Shown piece after piece: positions 16,392 through 24,600 of a stretch of DNA of 24,736 nucleotides. The position numbers and the translations under genes are program-made. How positions within the stretch are numbered: position 1 is the stretch's first letter; each line of letters begins with the position of its first letter. Source of the DNA: a virus (taxonomy: Duplodnaviria > Caudoviricetes); the IMG/VR virus record IMGVR_UViG_3300020042_005131, positions 1-24,736 of that record. The stretch is one strand, 5' to 3'. The notes below the pieces were generated by a model. That model saw only the letters and a list, made by a program, of their open reading frames with translations. It was not told the origin of the DNA and made no database searches.

Positions 16392-19068
16392 ACTATTCCC
16401 GTCCACGTTACCCGGTCAGCCTGTCGAAATGATTGAGGCAATCGGCACTGTCGGGCAATTATTGGCGGCAAAATATCCGGCGTATAAATCGGGTGAATCA
16501 CAGCCGTTAATACTGAAAATTGACGGCAAAGAAATACCGTTCAAGGATTGGGACAAAGCCGAAATAACCGATAACACTTGCCTCTATTTTCATCCGCAGG
16601 GCGGCAATATTTATATTTTCAAAAACTTTAAGTCAATCATGGATAAGGTTTTTGATTTTGCATTCGGCTGGATGATACCCGACATGCCGAAAGTTGGAAT
16701 GTCAAGAAGCGGTGCGTCGTTGAGGATAGCAAACGCGACATCGAATCAGCCAAGGCTAGGCGAAGTGATACCCGATCAATCCGGCCTATTCAGACGTGCG
16801 CCTGACTTCCTATTGCCGCCTCATAGGTATTTCGTTAACGATAACGAGCAATGGATTAGAATGCTTTTATGCGTTGGTCGAGGCTATTACGATATTGCAG
16901 AAAGCGGGATTAAAATTGGCGGCACCGAGATAGCTAACCTTGGCCTTGATGCAAGTTATACAGTCTACGCACCTGGCGCAAGTTTAGCAGGTGACACATC
17001 GGCGGAATGGTGGCATACCGTGCCGGAAGTTGGCGGTACATCAAACGGCACAGCGGGATTACATATCAATAATGACGATATAGTTCCGTTTTATACAACC
17101 AGCACAAGCTTTATATTCGATGGCTTATCGGTAACCATTCCCGCAGGTGCAGGCGCGTTTCCTGCTGATTGGGTGACAGGGATGATTCTACGCATTAGAA
17201 CAGTTAGGGATTACACAGTCGAGCTAGGCAGCGGAATTAGGTGCGTAATCAAAGCCGATCTAGATCAGGATTTTAACGAGTTGCAACCATACGTCGGGAT
17301 GCCAATAACTATTTGGTTTGGGCCAAACGAAGGCGATTATATTATCAATAATTACTCGCCACGTTCGGGCGGTACACAGGCACAAATTCGATTGAACTAT
17401 CCAAACGGTGATCCTGTTTACGCATTCGAAACTGGCTATCAGAAAATGAGCATATCGCACAGGGATTCGCAATACGAAATCATAACAGCATCAACGAGCG
17501 TGATTACTGTTGACCGTGTTTATGATGACTTGACAATTGATTCAGGATGGCCGGGTTTTGATTATTTGGAATCAACACTTTCATGGGTTTCATTAACGCC
17601 AACATCCGCAGACTTCCAGCTATGGAAAGGCCCATACGCAGCTTGCCCGGAAGGCGAAACAACAGACACGCTAGAGATAGATATTTTTTTCCCGAACGGA
17701 ATATACAAAACTAATGACAATGGCGGTATTAACGGGTGGACAGTTAACCTAGAAATACAATACCGTGATATCGCATTAGCTGGCGCGTGGACTTCGGTTT
17801 TAAAAACATACAATTATGAATCGGTTGATCAATTGGGATTTACCGAGACGATTAACATAGGTTACGAAATCAGGCCAGAGGTTAGAGTTAGGCGTAACGA
17901 TGTAGAGCCAACGCAAGGTTACGCAGCACGGGCCGAATGGTTTGCACTGAAATCGAAGCTAACAATACCGTCAAGTTATGCCGGTGTTACAACAATGACT
18001 ATGGAATTACGTTCAGGCGATAGGCTGGCGGCATTGACTGAGAATCAGATAACAGTTGAATGCACGCGTAAATTGCCCGTGCTATCCGGCGGCGTTTGGT
18101 CAGCTAATACCGCCACGCGTAGCATTGCATCCTATGTCGCATACGTGGCCAAGGATATCGGTTATGTTGACGCACAGATTGATCTAGCTGCACTACAAAC
18201 GCTAGAAACGTTATGGGCAAGCCGTGGCGATTACTACGATTGGGTACACGATGCATCAACTGTGCGCGATACGCTCAACCAAGTATTGCAAGCAGGCTAT
18301 TCTAGTCTCACAATTGCTGGCGGCAAAGTTACGCCCGTGCGCGATGCGGTAAGAACAACACTAGAGCAAATGTACACGCCGCAAAATATGACCGAGCCAA
18401 TGCGGCGTACAGTATCAGCAGTCAGGCCGGATGACATAGACGGTGTAGACGTGGATTATATTGACGCGACCACGTGGACACGGCAAACAGTACAATGCCG
18501 ATTGCCTGGCGATGCAGGTTTGCAGGTTTCGACAGTGACAATTAACGGCGTTACATCGAGAACTAAAGCGTGGCGAATCGGAATGCGGCTACGCAGGCAG
18601 GCAAAATACAGGCGTTGGCGCTATGAATTTAGCACTGAGTTGGACGGGCTTGTAAGTAACTATTTGTCTTATTGCTACGTAGCGGATGACGTGCCTGGCT
18701 ATGCCAAATCGTGCCTTGTGACCGGTGCCGATACCGTATCGGGTGGCGTAATGCTTACCGTAACCGAGCCAATCAGCGACATATCCAGCAATTCGATAGT
18801 TTCATTACGGGACGAAGATGGTACAATTGACGGGCCATATATCGCGGAAGCAGGGGCAACAGATTTTCAGGTTAAAGCCGTTGGATTGGCCGTGGCACCG
18901 ACTATCGACTACGCACAGGAATTGACCCATGCGCTAATAGGTGACAGTACCCGATATGCGTTTGAGGTACTGATAACTGAGATCAAGCCAAACGGATTTG
19001 ATAGCGTAGATTTAGCAGCGGTGAATTACGATGCACGGGTTTATGATGATGACAATAACGCGCCGTAA
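16378..19068 (+). CDS. Tail tip / host-specificity protein (gpJ-like)
   Basis: Ubiquitin-like N-terminus, N.PRLG..IP..G, PD.L.PP.RYF, DGVDV.Y.D..TW, RTKAWRIGMR and AVNYD.RVY.DD motifs. Confidence 0.85.
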   Translation: MPIIKLFPSTLPGQPVEMIEAIGTVGQLLAAKYPAYKSGESQPLILKIDGKEIPFKDWDKAEITDNTCLYFHPQGGNIYIFKNFKSIMDKVFDFAFGWMIPDMPKVGMSRSGASLRIANATSNQPRLGEVIPDQSGLFRRAPDFLLPPHRYFVNDNEQWIRMLLCVGRGYYDIAESGIKIGGTEIANLGLDASYTVYAPGASLAGDTSAEWWHTVPEVGGTSNGTAGLHINNDDIVPFYTTSTSFIFDGLSVTIPAGAGAFPADWVTGMILRIRTVRDYTVELGSGIRCVIKADLDQDFNELQPYVGMPITIWFGPNEGDYIINNYSPRSGGTQAQIRLNYPNGDPVYAFETGYQKMSISHRDSQYEIITASTSVITVDRVYDDLTIDSGWPGFDYLESTLSWVSLTPTSADFQLWKGPYAACPEGETTDTLEIDIFFPNGIYKTNDNGGINGWTVNLEIQYRDIALAGAWTSVLKTYNYESVDQLGFTETINIGYEIRPEVRVRRNDVEPTQGYAARAEWFALKSKLTIPSSYAGVTTMTMELRSGDRLAALTENQITVECTRKLPVLSGGVWSANTATRSIASYVAYVAKDIGYVDAQIDLAALQTLETLWASRGDYYDWVHDASTVRDTLNQVLQAGYSSLTIAGGKVTPVRDAVRTTLEQMYTPQNMTEPMRRTVSAVRPDDIDGVDVDYIDATTWTRQTVQCRLPGDAGLQVSTVTINGVTSRTKAWRIGMRLRRQAKYRRWRYEFSTELDGLVSNYLSYCYVADDVPGYAKSCLVTGADTVSGGVMLTVTEPISDISSNSIVSLRDEDGTIDGPYIAEAGATDFQVKAVGLAVAPTIDYAQELTHALIGDSTRYAFEVLITEIKPNGFDSVDLAAVNYDARVYDDDNNAP

Positions 19069-19080
19069 GGCAGGTATGAT

Positions 19081-20379
19081 ATGACAATTGGCACAGATAA
19101 TCCGGTACCGTCCGACCATCCGTTAGACTTATTAGCTAACGCTCAAAACTTTGATGACGCGATGAATTCAAGCGCGTCCACGTTTACAGATCGTTTTGGC
19201 GTTTCGCGCGTCACGTGGGCAGGCATTACAACGACTGAAAATTTAGGCGATGCAATCGACGCATTGCCGAACGAGCCAACAATATCGAATGCAGATAACC
19301 TGATTTTTTCTGATACTTCAACATCTGCAAACGGCGCTAAAAAAATAACATGGGATCAGTTTAAAACGTTATTGATTCAATCGCTTAAGGACATAACCGG
19401 CGGTTTTGTCGGAATGACGCTATTTAAAATCAATTTTAAAAACGCGGCCAATACGTTCACGTCATTTTTTACAAACACAAATACAGCAGCGAGAACTTAT
19501 ACCTTTCCTGATGCAAGCCTAACAATAGATGGCTTTTTGGCAGTTGATACCGTGGCCAATGTGTTGGCAAATTATCCTGCGGCATCATGGTCAGGATATA
19601 AAGTTAAATTTACTAACGTAAATAATAGCGTTTGGCAATCTGACGGCACAAACTATAAGCCTATGGGTGGACGAATGGTCTGGCCTGGAATAAATACACC
19701 TATGGCTATAGCGTGTACATTCACACCAACAAACGGAACTAACGCATTTACCCTTGGTACAGCGGCGAATACTTCCGATTTGATATTAAGCGGTCAGAAG
19801 TTTTGGATGTATTTCCCAACTGGAGCAGGACTAACAGCGGGATGGTTTACAGTCACAATGTCTACTACAACAGCAGGTGTTTTATATTCTGCTGATGGTG
19901 TTGGCCTTGCTGCACCAACTAACACGCATTCATCAAGCACAGCTTTTACATTCAATAGCGGCGTTGCTGTAACTGGCTCTACTTCTGAAATAACATGCCA
20001 GACAATAACAATACCAGGTAATCTTCTTAGCACATTCGGCGAATTCACGGCATATAGTTGGCTTGGCAGGTCAGCAAATGGGGCATCAACAACAACGCAT
20101 AGAATTAGAGTTGCCGGAACGAGTATAAACCCTCCAACAATGACATCAACAATAACCTCAAATTGGCATCAAGTGATATTCAAAAACTTTGGCGCGACTA
20201 ATAGGAATTTTAGAAGCCCTTCTGCAAACAGTACATTTACAGCAGTGGCTAATGCGTTAATGGGCGTATCAACATCTCTCGATACGTCAGTGAATTTTGA
20301 CGTAACTTGGACTATACAGCACACGGCCGCGACAGAGATAGGATGCGTTGTTTTAGGCCGTTTGGAGATTATACTATGA
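19081..20379 (+). CDS. Tail fibre / receptor-binding protein
   Basis: N-terminal NPVPS..P.DL..NA.NFD.AMNS....F.DRFG..R.TWAG anchor; Thr/Ser/Gly-rich beta C-terminus. Confidence 0.78.
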   Translation: MTIGTDNPVPSDHPLDLLANAQNFDDAMNSSASTFTDRFGVSRVTWAGITTTENLGDAIDALPNEPTISNADNLIFSDTSTSANGAKKITWDQFKTLLIQSLKDITGGFVGMTLFKINFKNAANTFTSFFTNTNTAARTYTFPDASLTIDGFLAVDTVANVLANYPAASWSGYKVKFTNVNNSVWQSDGTNYKPMGGRMVWPGINTPMAIACTFTPTNGTNAFTLGTAANTSDLILSGQKFWMYFPTGAGLTAGWFTVTMSTTTAGVLYSADGVGLAAPTNTHSSSTAFTFNSGVAVTGSTSEITCQTITIPGNLLSTFGEFTAYSWLGRSANGASTTTHRIRVAGTSINPPTMTSTITSNWHQVIFKNFGATNRNFRSPSANSTFTAVANALMGVSTSLDTSVNFDVTWTIQHTAATEIGCVVLGRLEIIL

Positions 20380-20513
20380 TAAAAGAATATCCGATTGCTG
20401 AACTTGAGAAGGCGTTAGCGACTAAAGCGCCGCGTCATGTTTGGATAAATGGCGAAGTTGTCATTGTTTACACAGGCGCGGATATACCACCAGCACCAGT
20501 CGAAGAAGGATGA
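20376..20513 (+). CDS. Small hypothetical protein (possible fibre-associated factor), 45 aa
   Basis: SD GGAG (20364-20367) and ATGA overlap with the fibre stop codon. Confidence 0.6.
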   Translation: MIKEYPIAELEKALATKAPRHVWINGEVVIVYTGADIPPAPVEEG

Positions 20514-20869
20514 TAACCATGGCCGAGGAGAGTTTGCTTTTACAGCTATTGCATGAAGTGAGAGATGAACAGAAGCGAATGGCAGATCAATTGGATAACA
20601 TTGAACTGCGAGCAAGCGCTCTGGAATCTACTATAAAGCAGCATGAAAACGAATGCGAGACGGTAAGGGCTTTTGTATTGACGGCATTTCCATCTGGCGA
20701 TTTAAATGGCCATGCGCGATATCACCAAGGCGTTATTGACTGGATGGAGAAGCGTAATCGTTTGATTGGCGAGTGTCTTATCAATGCGGCAAAGGCAGGC
20801 TTTTTAGTCTCGACAGGCTGGATAATTTACGCGATATACAACGCCATTAAAATGGAGTTTATGAAGTGA
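20510..20869 (+). CDS. Coiled-coil protein with C-terminal transmembrane helix (holin-like, lysis region)
   Basis: Heptad-rich N-terminus, AFPSGD..GH..YH motif, hydrophobic AGFLVSTGWIIYAIY; start 20510 or 20519. Confidence 0.6.
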   Translation: MITMAEESLLLQLLHEVRDEQKRMADQLDNIELRASALESTIKQHENECETVRAFVLTAFPSGDLNGHARYHQGVIDWMEKRNRLIGECLINAAKAGFLVSTGWIIYAIYNAIKMEFMK

Positions 20870-20961
20870 AATCTGACCAAATGGCAGTAATAGCAATGCT
20901 TGCCATCTTGGTAGTCGTTTTGTCGATTACGATTGCTTGTATAGTGGGTGGATTGCCGTGA
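20866..20961 (+). CDS. 31-aa single-transmembrane peptide (not in ORF track)
   Basis: MKSDQMAVIAMLAILVVVLSITIACIVGGLP; SD GGAG (20854-20857); GTGA overlaps at both ends. Confidence 0.65.
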   Translation: MKSDQMAVIAMLAILVVVLSITIACIVGGLP

Positions 20962-21362
20962 AGCTAACGCCGAACATTAGCCAAGAAGAAATGTATTGCA
21001 AATGTAAGTATCCTGACTGCGATATGAAAAAACCTTTAGCTGTGCATAAGGCGCTTGCCGAGGTGGTGCAAAAATGTGTTGATCATTTTTCAGCAGTGAC
21101 AAAACAGAAGTGCCGTGTTGCCGTCAATTGCGTCAACAGGTGCAAAAAACATAATAAAGATGTAGGCGGCGAAGATAATTCGACCCATCTTATTGCATTA
21201 GCCATGGATCATACGATTTACATTGACGGAAAAGGCCGGATAGAGCCAAGACTCGTTGCAGACTATTACGAAAAATTATACCCGAATTCATGCGGCATAG
21301 GACGTTACAACACGTTCACGCATTTTGACATTAGAGAGAAAAAAGCGAGGTGGGGCAAATAA
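20958..21362 (+). CDS. Endolysin, peptidase M15A family
   Basis: E..CKC...C, RC..HN..VGG..NS.H...A.D and GIGRY.TF.H.DIR..KARW motifs; GTG start at 20958. Confidence 0.9.
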   Translation: MKLTPNISQEEMYCKCKYPDCDMKKPLAVHKALAEVVQKCVDHFSAVTKQKCRVAVNCVNRCKKHNKDVGGEDNSTHLIALAMDHTIYIDGKGRIEPRLVADYYEKLYPNSCGIGRYNTFTHFDIREKKARWGK

Positions 21363-21365
21363 CAT

Positions 21366-21393
21366 AAAAAAACCGCAATTAAGCGGTCTTTTT
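21366..21393. terminator. Rho-independent terminator, possibly bidirectional
   Basis: A7-CCGC-AATTAA-GCGGT-C-T5 immediately after the endolysin stop. Confidence 0.65.
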
Positions 21394-21462
21394 GCCCAAA
21401 GCCTGAAACAAGGCAGCGGGGGAGTTGTGGTTAAATAATAACATATTACCGGAAGGTGTTGT

Positions 21463-21690
21463 ATGTCTGACAGCAAAAACATTTTATCAAGTAAAGTAGT
21501 ACAATCAGCAGCACCAGTCGCCGCACTGAATGCCGTGGTACTGATACAACACATACTAACAGGCGGCTCATTGCTTGCGCTTGACCCTGCTATCATAGTC
21601 AATGGCCTTAGCTTTATCGGCAGCGCGGCGGCTATTGCATTCCGGTATTTTAGCGATGGTAAAAAGCTTAGAATTAAAACACGCTCTTAA
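21463..21690 (+). CDS. Small two-transmembrane holin-like protein
   Basis: K....SK N-terminus, two hydrophobic segments, basic C-terminus; SD GGAAGGTG. Confidence 0.6.
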   Translation: MSDSKNILSSKVVQSAAPVAALNAVVLIQHILTGGSLLALDPAIIVNGLSFIGSAAAIAFRYFSDGKKLRIKTRS

Positions 21691-21696
21691 GCCATC

Positions 21697-21882
21697 TCAC
21701 GACAGCCCGCCAGGTACTCCCGACGCAGTGTTGCCACTGGTTGCGCGGACCACAAACTTAAGTTTAGCCATCACGTTAGACGGCTTTTTGGTTACCACAC
21801 GTTCCAGCACTTTCGGCAATATCACCGATTCATTCCTGATGATATCCGCACGGGCTAGTTCGGTTTCTGAAACTGATTTCAT
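21697..21882 (-). CDS. Hypothetical protein
   Basis: ATGA coupling to the PAPS-reductase-family stop; no recognisable motif. Confidence 0.4.
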   Translation of the reverse strand: MKSVSETELARADIIRNESVILPKVLERVVTKKPSNVMAKLKFVVRATSGNTASGVPGGLS

Positions 21883-22631
21883 ACGCCACAATATCCAGAA
21901 TCGCAAAACATATCCGTTATGTTTGGGTTAAAATTATCACGCGATGCCCATTCGATAACTTGTCGAATACCAGTCGCGCCGTTCTTTTTGGCGGGTCTAA
22001 ACATCGTGCGCGGCTTGCCTTCTTTTGTAAAACCCATTTCTATTTCAAGCGATTCTATTAACGCGATTCTGCTTTCATCAAGCATCCGCAAATCAGAGAT
22101 GTTTGCATCAACGCACGGATAACATTCCATGCTGCGATGAGGCAATATATCAAAACCTGATTTTAGAATGTACTCGTTTCTGTCTTTTTCAGTGAATCGA
22201 ACCATTGGCGCATATAATGAACGACCGCCGTGGTTTGGCGATTCTTCAACCCATTCCGGCCAATTGGCGCGATTCTTTGATTCTTCGCGTCTAATGCCGA
22301 CAAGGCAAGTTGCTTCGGCATTATGGTCAATTGTATTAAGCCATTCCATTGCTGGCTTTATTTTTAATTCAAAACTACAGAAGTGCATTCCGTTAGTTGG
22401 CCATGCTTTTTTTCTGAAAATTAAATCGCGCATTCCTTCGCTTTGTATTTCATGAAATTTTCCGCCATGGCTTTCTATGTGTAATTTCCATCTTGCAATT
22501 CTTTCTGGCCACCAATCGGCAGCCCATCCTGTATTGGAATAAGCAACGTGCAAATCTGTTAGACCTTTTTCAAGCGCGACTTCAAACAATGCAACGCTAT
22601 CATTTCCACCACTACCGAAAATTATGTTCAT
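21879..22631 (-). CDS. PAPS reductase (CysH/DndC)-family protein
   Basis: SGGNDS PP-loop, NTGW, FCS.ELK..P, GIRREES..R, RSMECYPC and terminal CDSGYCG; ATGA-coupled start at 22631. Confidence 0.85.
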   Translation of the reverse strand: MNIIFGSGGNDSVALFEVALEKGLTDLHVAYSNTGWAADWWPERIARWKLHIESHGGKFHEIQSEGMRDLIFRKKAWPTNGMHFCSFELKIKPAMEWLNTIDHNAEATCLVGIRREESKNRANWPEWVEESPNHGGRSLYAPMVRFTEKDRNEYILKSGFDILPHRSMECYPCVDANISDLRMLDESRIALIESLEIEMGFTKEGKPRTMFRPAKKNGATGIRQVIEWASRDNFNPNITDMFCDSGYCGV

Positions 22632-23161
22632 ACATTGCCCCACTTCTTATAAAGCCAAGGATTACGATCAACAATCTGTTTGCCATCACGAATAGCCAAT
22701 TCTTTTACTCGCTCGTTTACAGTCTTTTTCTTGATCACGCGCAGATCAAGATCAACGTAGTCAGGTTGCATCATTTTGGCCTCAGAAAAACTGTAGCCGA
22801 CACGTTGCAGGAATGCCCTGCGATCAATCACGTTCATTTGTGATCTCATCACAATAGTCGTTGGCCTATATCCGTGCATCGCCATCATTCGAACGGCTGT
22901 AGGATATGACATATCCAGAAGCCTGGTTATTTCATAGGCCGTCAAACTGTGATCATGGTACAGCTTGGCATCCTCCTCGGTAATATACCGTGGCTTACGC
23001 GTCTTGCCTTGCTCTACGCCAAATACTTTTTCGGGGAATTGCTCCATGTATTCGGTTTTAATCTTGCTGGCATAACCAGCAGTAGTGCCGAGCATATCTG
23101 CGATCACCGCGGGTGGATGATATGGAAGTAGTTCGATGATTTTAGCTTTGAGGCTGCTCAT
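22628..23161 (-). CDS. Putative DNA-binding protein with two HTH-like segments
   Basis: PAVIADMLGTTAGYASKIK and TAYEITRLLDMSYPTAVRMM. Confidence 0.55.
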   Translation of the reverse strand: MSSLKAKIIELLPYHPPAVIADMLGTTAGYASKIKTEYMEQFPEKVFGVEQGKTRKPRYITEEDAKLYHDHSLTAYEITRLLDMSYPTAVRMMAMHGYRPTTIVMRSQMNVIDRRAFLQRVGYSFSEAKMMQPDYVDLDLRVIKKKTVNERVKELAIRDGKQIVDRNPWLYKKWGNV

Positions 23162-23163
23162 TA

Positions 23164-23349
23164 TTATTCCTCAAATATAACTTCAATTCTTGACCCGTCA
23201 TCATATATAACGTCTCCATCCAAACTGGTTAATTTAATTTCGATTGATTCAACTAAGCTATGCCTCATTGTTCTAATTTCAACATTTCTGAAGCCCACGT
23301 ATTTACCATCTAGCTTAACTTTTACATTTTTATTTATTACTGAAGCCAT
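23164..23349 (-). CDS. Hypothetical protein, 61 aa
   Basis: Tightly packed in the minus-strand operon; SD AGGTG. Confidence 0.6.
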   Translation of the reverse strand: MASVINKNVKVKLDGKYVGFRNVEIRTMRHSLVESIEIKLTSLDGDVIYDDGSRIEVIFEE

Positions 23350-23352
23350 AGA

Positions 23353-23571
23353 TCACCTATTTAATTCCTCTATTTTTGAATAAAGCACTTCCGATTTTTT
23401 ATAGCCCAACTGAGCCGCAAGCAGATCGCTTATCGGCATTTTGCCAGCTAGTATGCGGCTAAATTGTGAATTCTCAATGCCAAAATGATCGGCAGCGTCT
23501 TGCTTGAATTCAAACCTGCTGACTTCACGCAGCAAGCGGCGGTGTAGTTGACTGTGTGTGATTCGTGGCAT
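23353..23571 (-). CDS. Cro/XRE-like helix-turn-helix regulator
   Basis: QDAADHFGIENSQFSRILAGK HTH; SD AGGAGG; first gene after a divergent promoter. Confidence 0.78.
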   Translation of the reverse strand: MPRITHSQLHRRLLREVSRFEFKQDAADHFGIENSQFSRILAGKMPISDLLAAQLGYKKSEVLYSKIEELNR

Positions 23572-23595
23572 ATAGCCTCCTGTTTATTTACCAAT

Positions 23596-23624
23596 AGCCT
23601 AGCCTTATATTTTGTTCAATGCAA
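23596..23624 (-). promoter_or_regulatory. Leftward sigma70 promoter
   Basis: Minus strand TTGCAT, 17-nt spacer, TAGGCT. Confidence 0.6.
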
Positions 23625-23629
23625 CAAAC

Positions 23630-23651
23630 TATTTGCAAAATAATGCAAATA
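23630..23651. promoter_or_regulatory. Inverted repeat, candidate operator
   Basis: TATTTGCA-AAATAA-TGCAAATA between the two back-to-back -35 boxes. Confidence 0.55.
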
Positions 23652-23656
23652 AATGT

Positions 23657-23685
23657 TTGACAATACGGATTAGATGGATAATTAT
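23657..23685 (+). promoter_or_regulatory. Rightward sigma70 promoter
   Basis: Perfect TTGACA (23657-23662); imperfect -10 AATTAT at 17-nt spacing. Confidence 0.5.
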
Positions 23686-23717
23686 TCTAGTACGGATTAA
23701 CAAACGAGGGTTAGAAA

Positions 23718-23897
23718 ATGGCAGACTTCAGCGTACATCACATTCAAAAAGTGGAGATATTCAGAGAGGTATTCCCGCAGACTGATAATCATAAAGAATT
23801 TCACACCATCATCATTAAGGCTATTGATGCTGATGGCAATGAGCATCGTGTTACCTTATATAATTCTGAGAAGATCGAGGTGAGTAGCAATGTTTAA
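23718..23897 (+). CDS. Hypothetical early protein, 59 aa (not in ORF track)
   Basis: MADFSVHHIQKVEIF...SEKIEVSSNV; SD GAGGG at 23706-23710. Confidence 0.7.
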   Translation: MADFSVHHIQKVEIFREVFPQTDNHKEFHTIIIKAIDADGNEHRVTLYNSEKIEVSSNV

Positions 23898-24039
23898 TTT
23901 CATAATAAAAGCCGTCCACGAAAACGGCACAAAAATAGAAATGGTAACGATTGCTGACAGCTTTACGGCAGCATTCAAAAAAGTGCCTGTTGATAAATGC
24001 GTCACGCTGACTGTAGTGAGGTCGCCAATATGCCACTGA
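23890..24039 (+). CDS. Hypothetical protein, 49 aa (not in ORF track)
   Basis: MFNFIIKAVHENGTKIEMV...; SD GAGGTG at 23877-23882. Confidence 0.6.
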   Translation: MFNFIIKAVHENGTKIEMVTIADSFTAAFKKVPVDKCVTLTVVRSPICH

Positions 24040-24119
24040 TTAAATCCTGGTTGATGGCGATAGCGGCTGTATTATTTTACATCGGCATTTATATGTTGGC
24101 TGGGGAGATAAATCCATGA
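24030..24119 (+). CDS. 29-aa single-transmembrane peptide (not in ORF track)
   Basis: MPLIKSWLMAIAAVLFYIGIYMLAGEINP; SD GAGG; ATGA coupling to next gene. Confidence 0.55.
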   Translation: MPLIKSWLMAIAAVLFYIGIYMLAGEINP

Positions 24120-24304
24120 GCAGAGACATGAGTTACCAAGATGCTTGCGACGCAGGCTACGATGGGCCATCACCATTCGAAGAATCACGTATGCGTAATC
24201 GCATTAGCCGCAATAACAGCTTAGATCATCGTGACCCTGATTATGATGACGAGATGCCGGAGAGTGTTGACGAGTGGTTAAATGGTAGGGAGGAGGAAGA
24301 ATGA
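24116..24304 (+). CDS. Small acidic hypothetical protein
   Basis: SD GGGGAG; ATGA overlaps at both ends. Confidence 0.7.
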   Translation: MSRDMSYQDACDAGYDGPSPFEESRMRNRISRNNSLDHRDPDYDDEMPESVDEWLNGREEEE

Positions 24305-24504
24305 ACAAAAGCAGACAAGAGTTTGAGAAATTCATAATTCAACATAAAAACTATGGGCAAAACAAACACTGCCTCGGTTATTCTGATGGCGAATATCATA
24401 ACGGGCTTATTCAAGCGCTCTACGAAGCATGGCAAGCAGCCGCTAAGTCATCATATATTGCTGGCAGCAATGATTGCCATGATGCGATGATGAAAAGCAA
24501 ATGA
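24301..24504 (+). CDS. Hypothetical phage protein
   Basis: SRQEFEK...Y......LYEAWQAA pattern common in small phage proteins; strong SD GGAGG. Confidence 0.7.
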   Translation: MNKSRQEFEKFIIQHKNYGQNKHCLGYSDGEYHNGLIQALYEAWQAAAKSSYIAGSNDCHDAMMKSK

Positions 24505-24600
24505 AACTAATAATAATCAAAAATAATTCAAAAAGTTACGACTACAAAGAGGTTAAATTTATGGAACTAATAATGATAATTCTGCGCGCATGGTTCAAGC

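Noticed and set aside
20866-20961. 31-aa peptide as a lipoprotein o-spanin
   Set aside because: TIAC is a poor lipobox and would leave only 7 mature residues.
21352-21422. Resemblance to a c-di-GMP-I riboswitch (GGGCAAA...CAAAGCCT...GGCAGCGGGG)
   Set aside because: No GNRA-capped P2 or tetraloop receptor; overlaps the endolysin stop and is explained by a terminator. An Infernal/Rfam scan would settle it.
21690-21770. Possible frameshifted alternative C-terminus (LWSAQPVATLRREYLAGCREMA) for minus ORF 21697-21882
   Set aside because: No start codon or clear slippery site; only a subjective impression without homologs.
10-21931. Numerous antisense and alternate-frame ORFs in the track (e.g. 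10-387, 830-1135, 4328-4597, 14231-14692, 21602-21931)
   Set aside because: They shadow well-supported genes, lack recognisable motifs and mostly reflect codon bias of the real strand.
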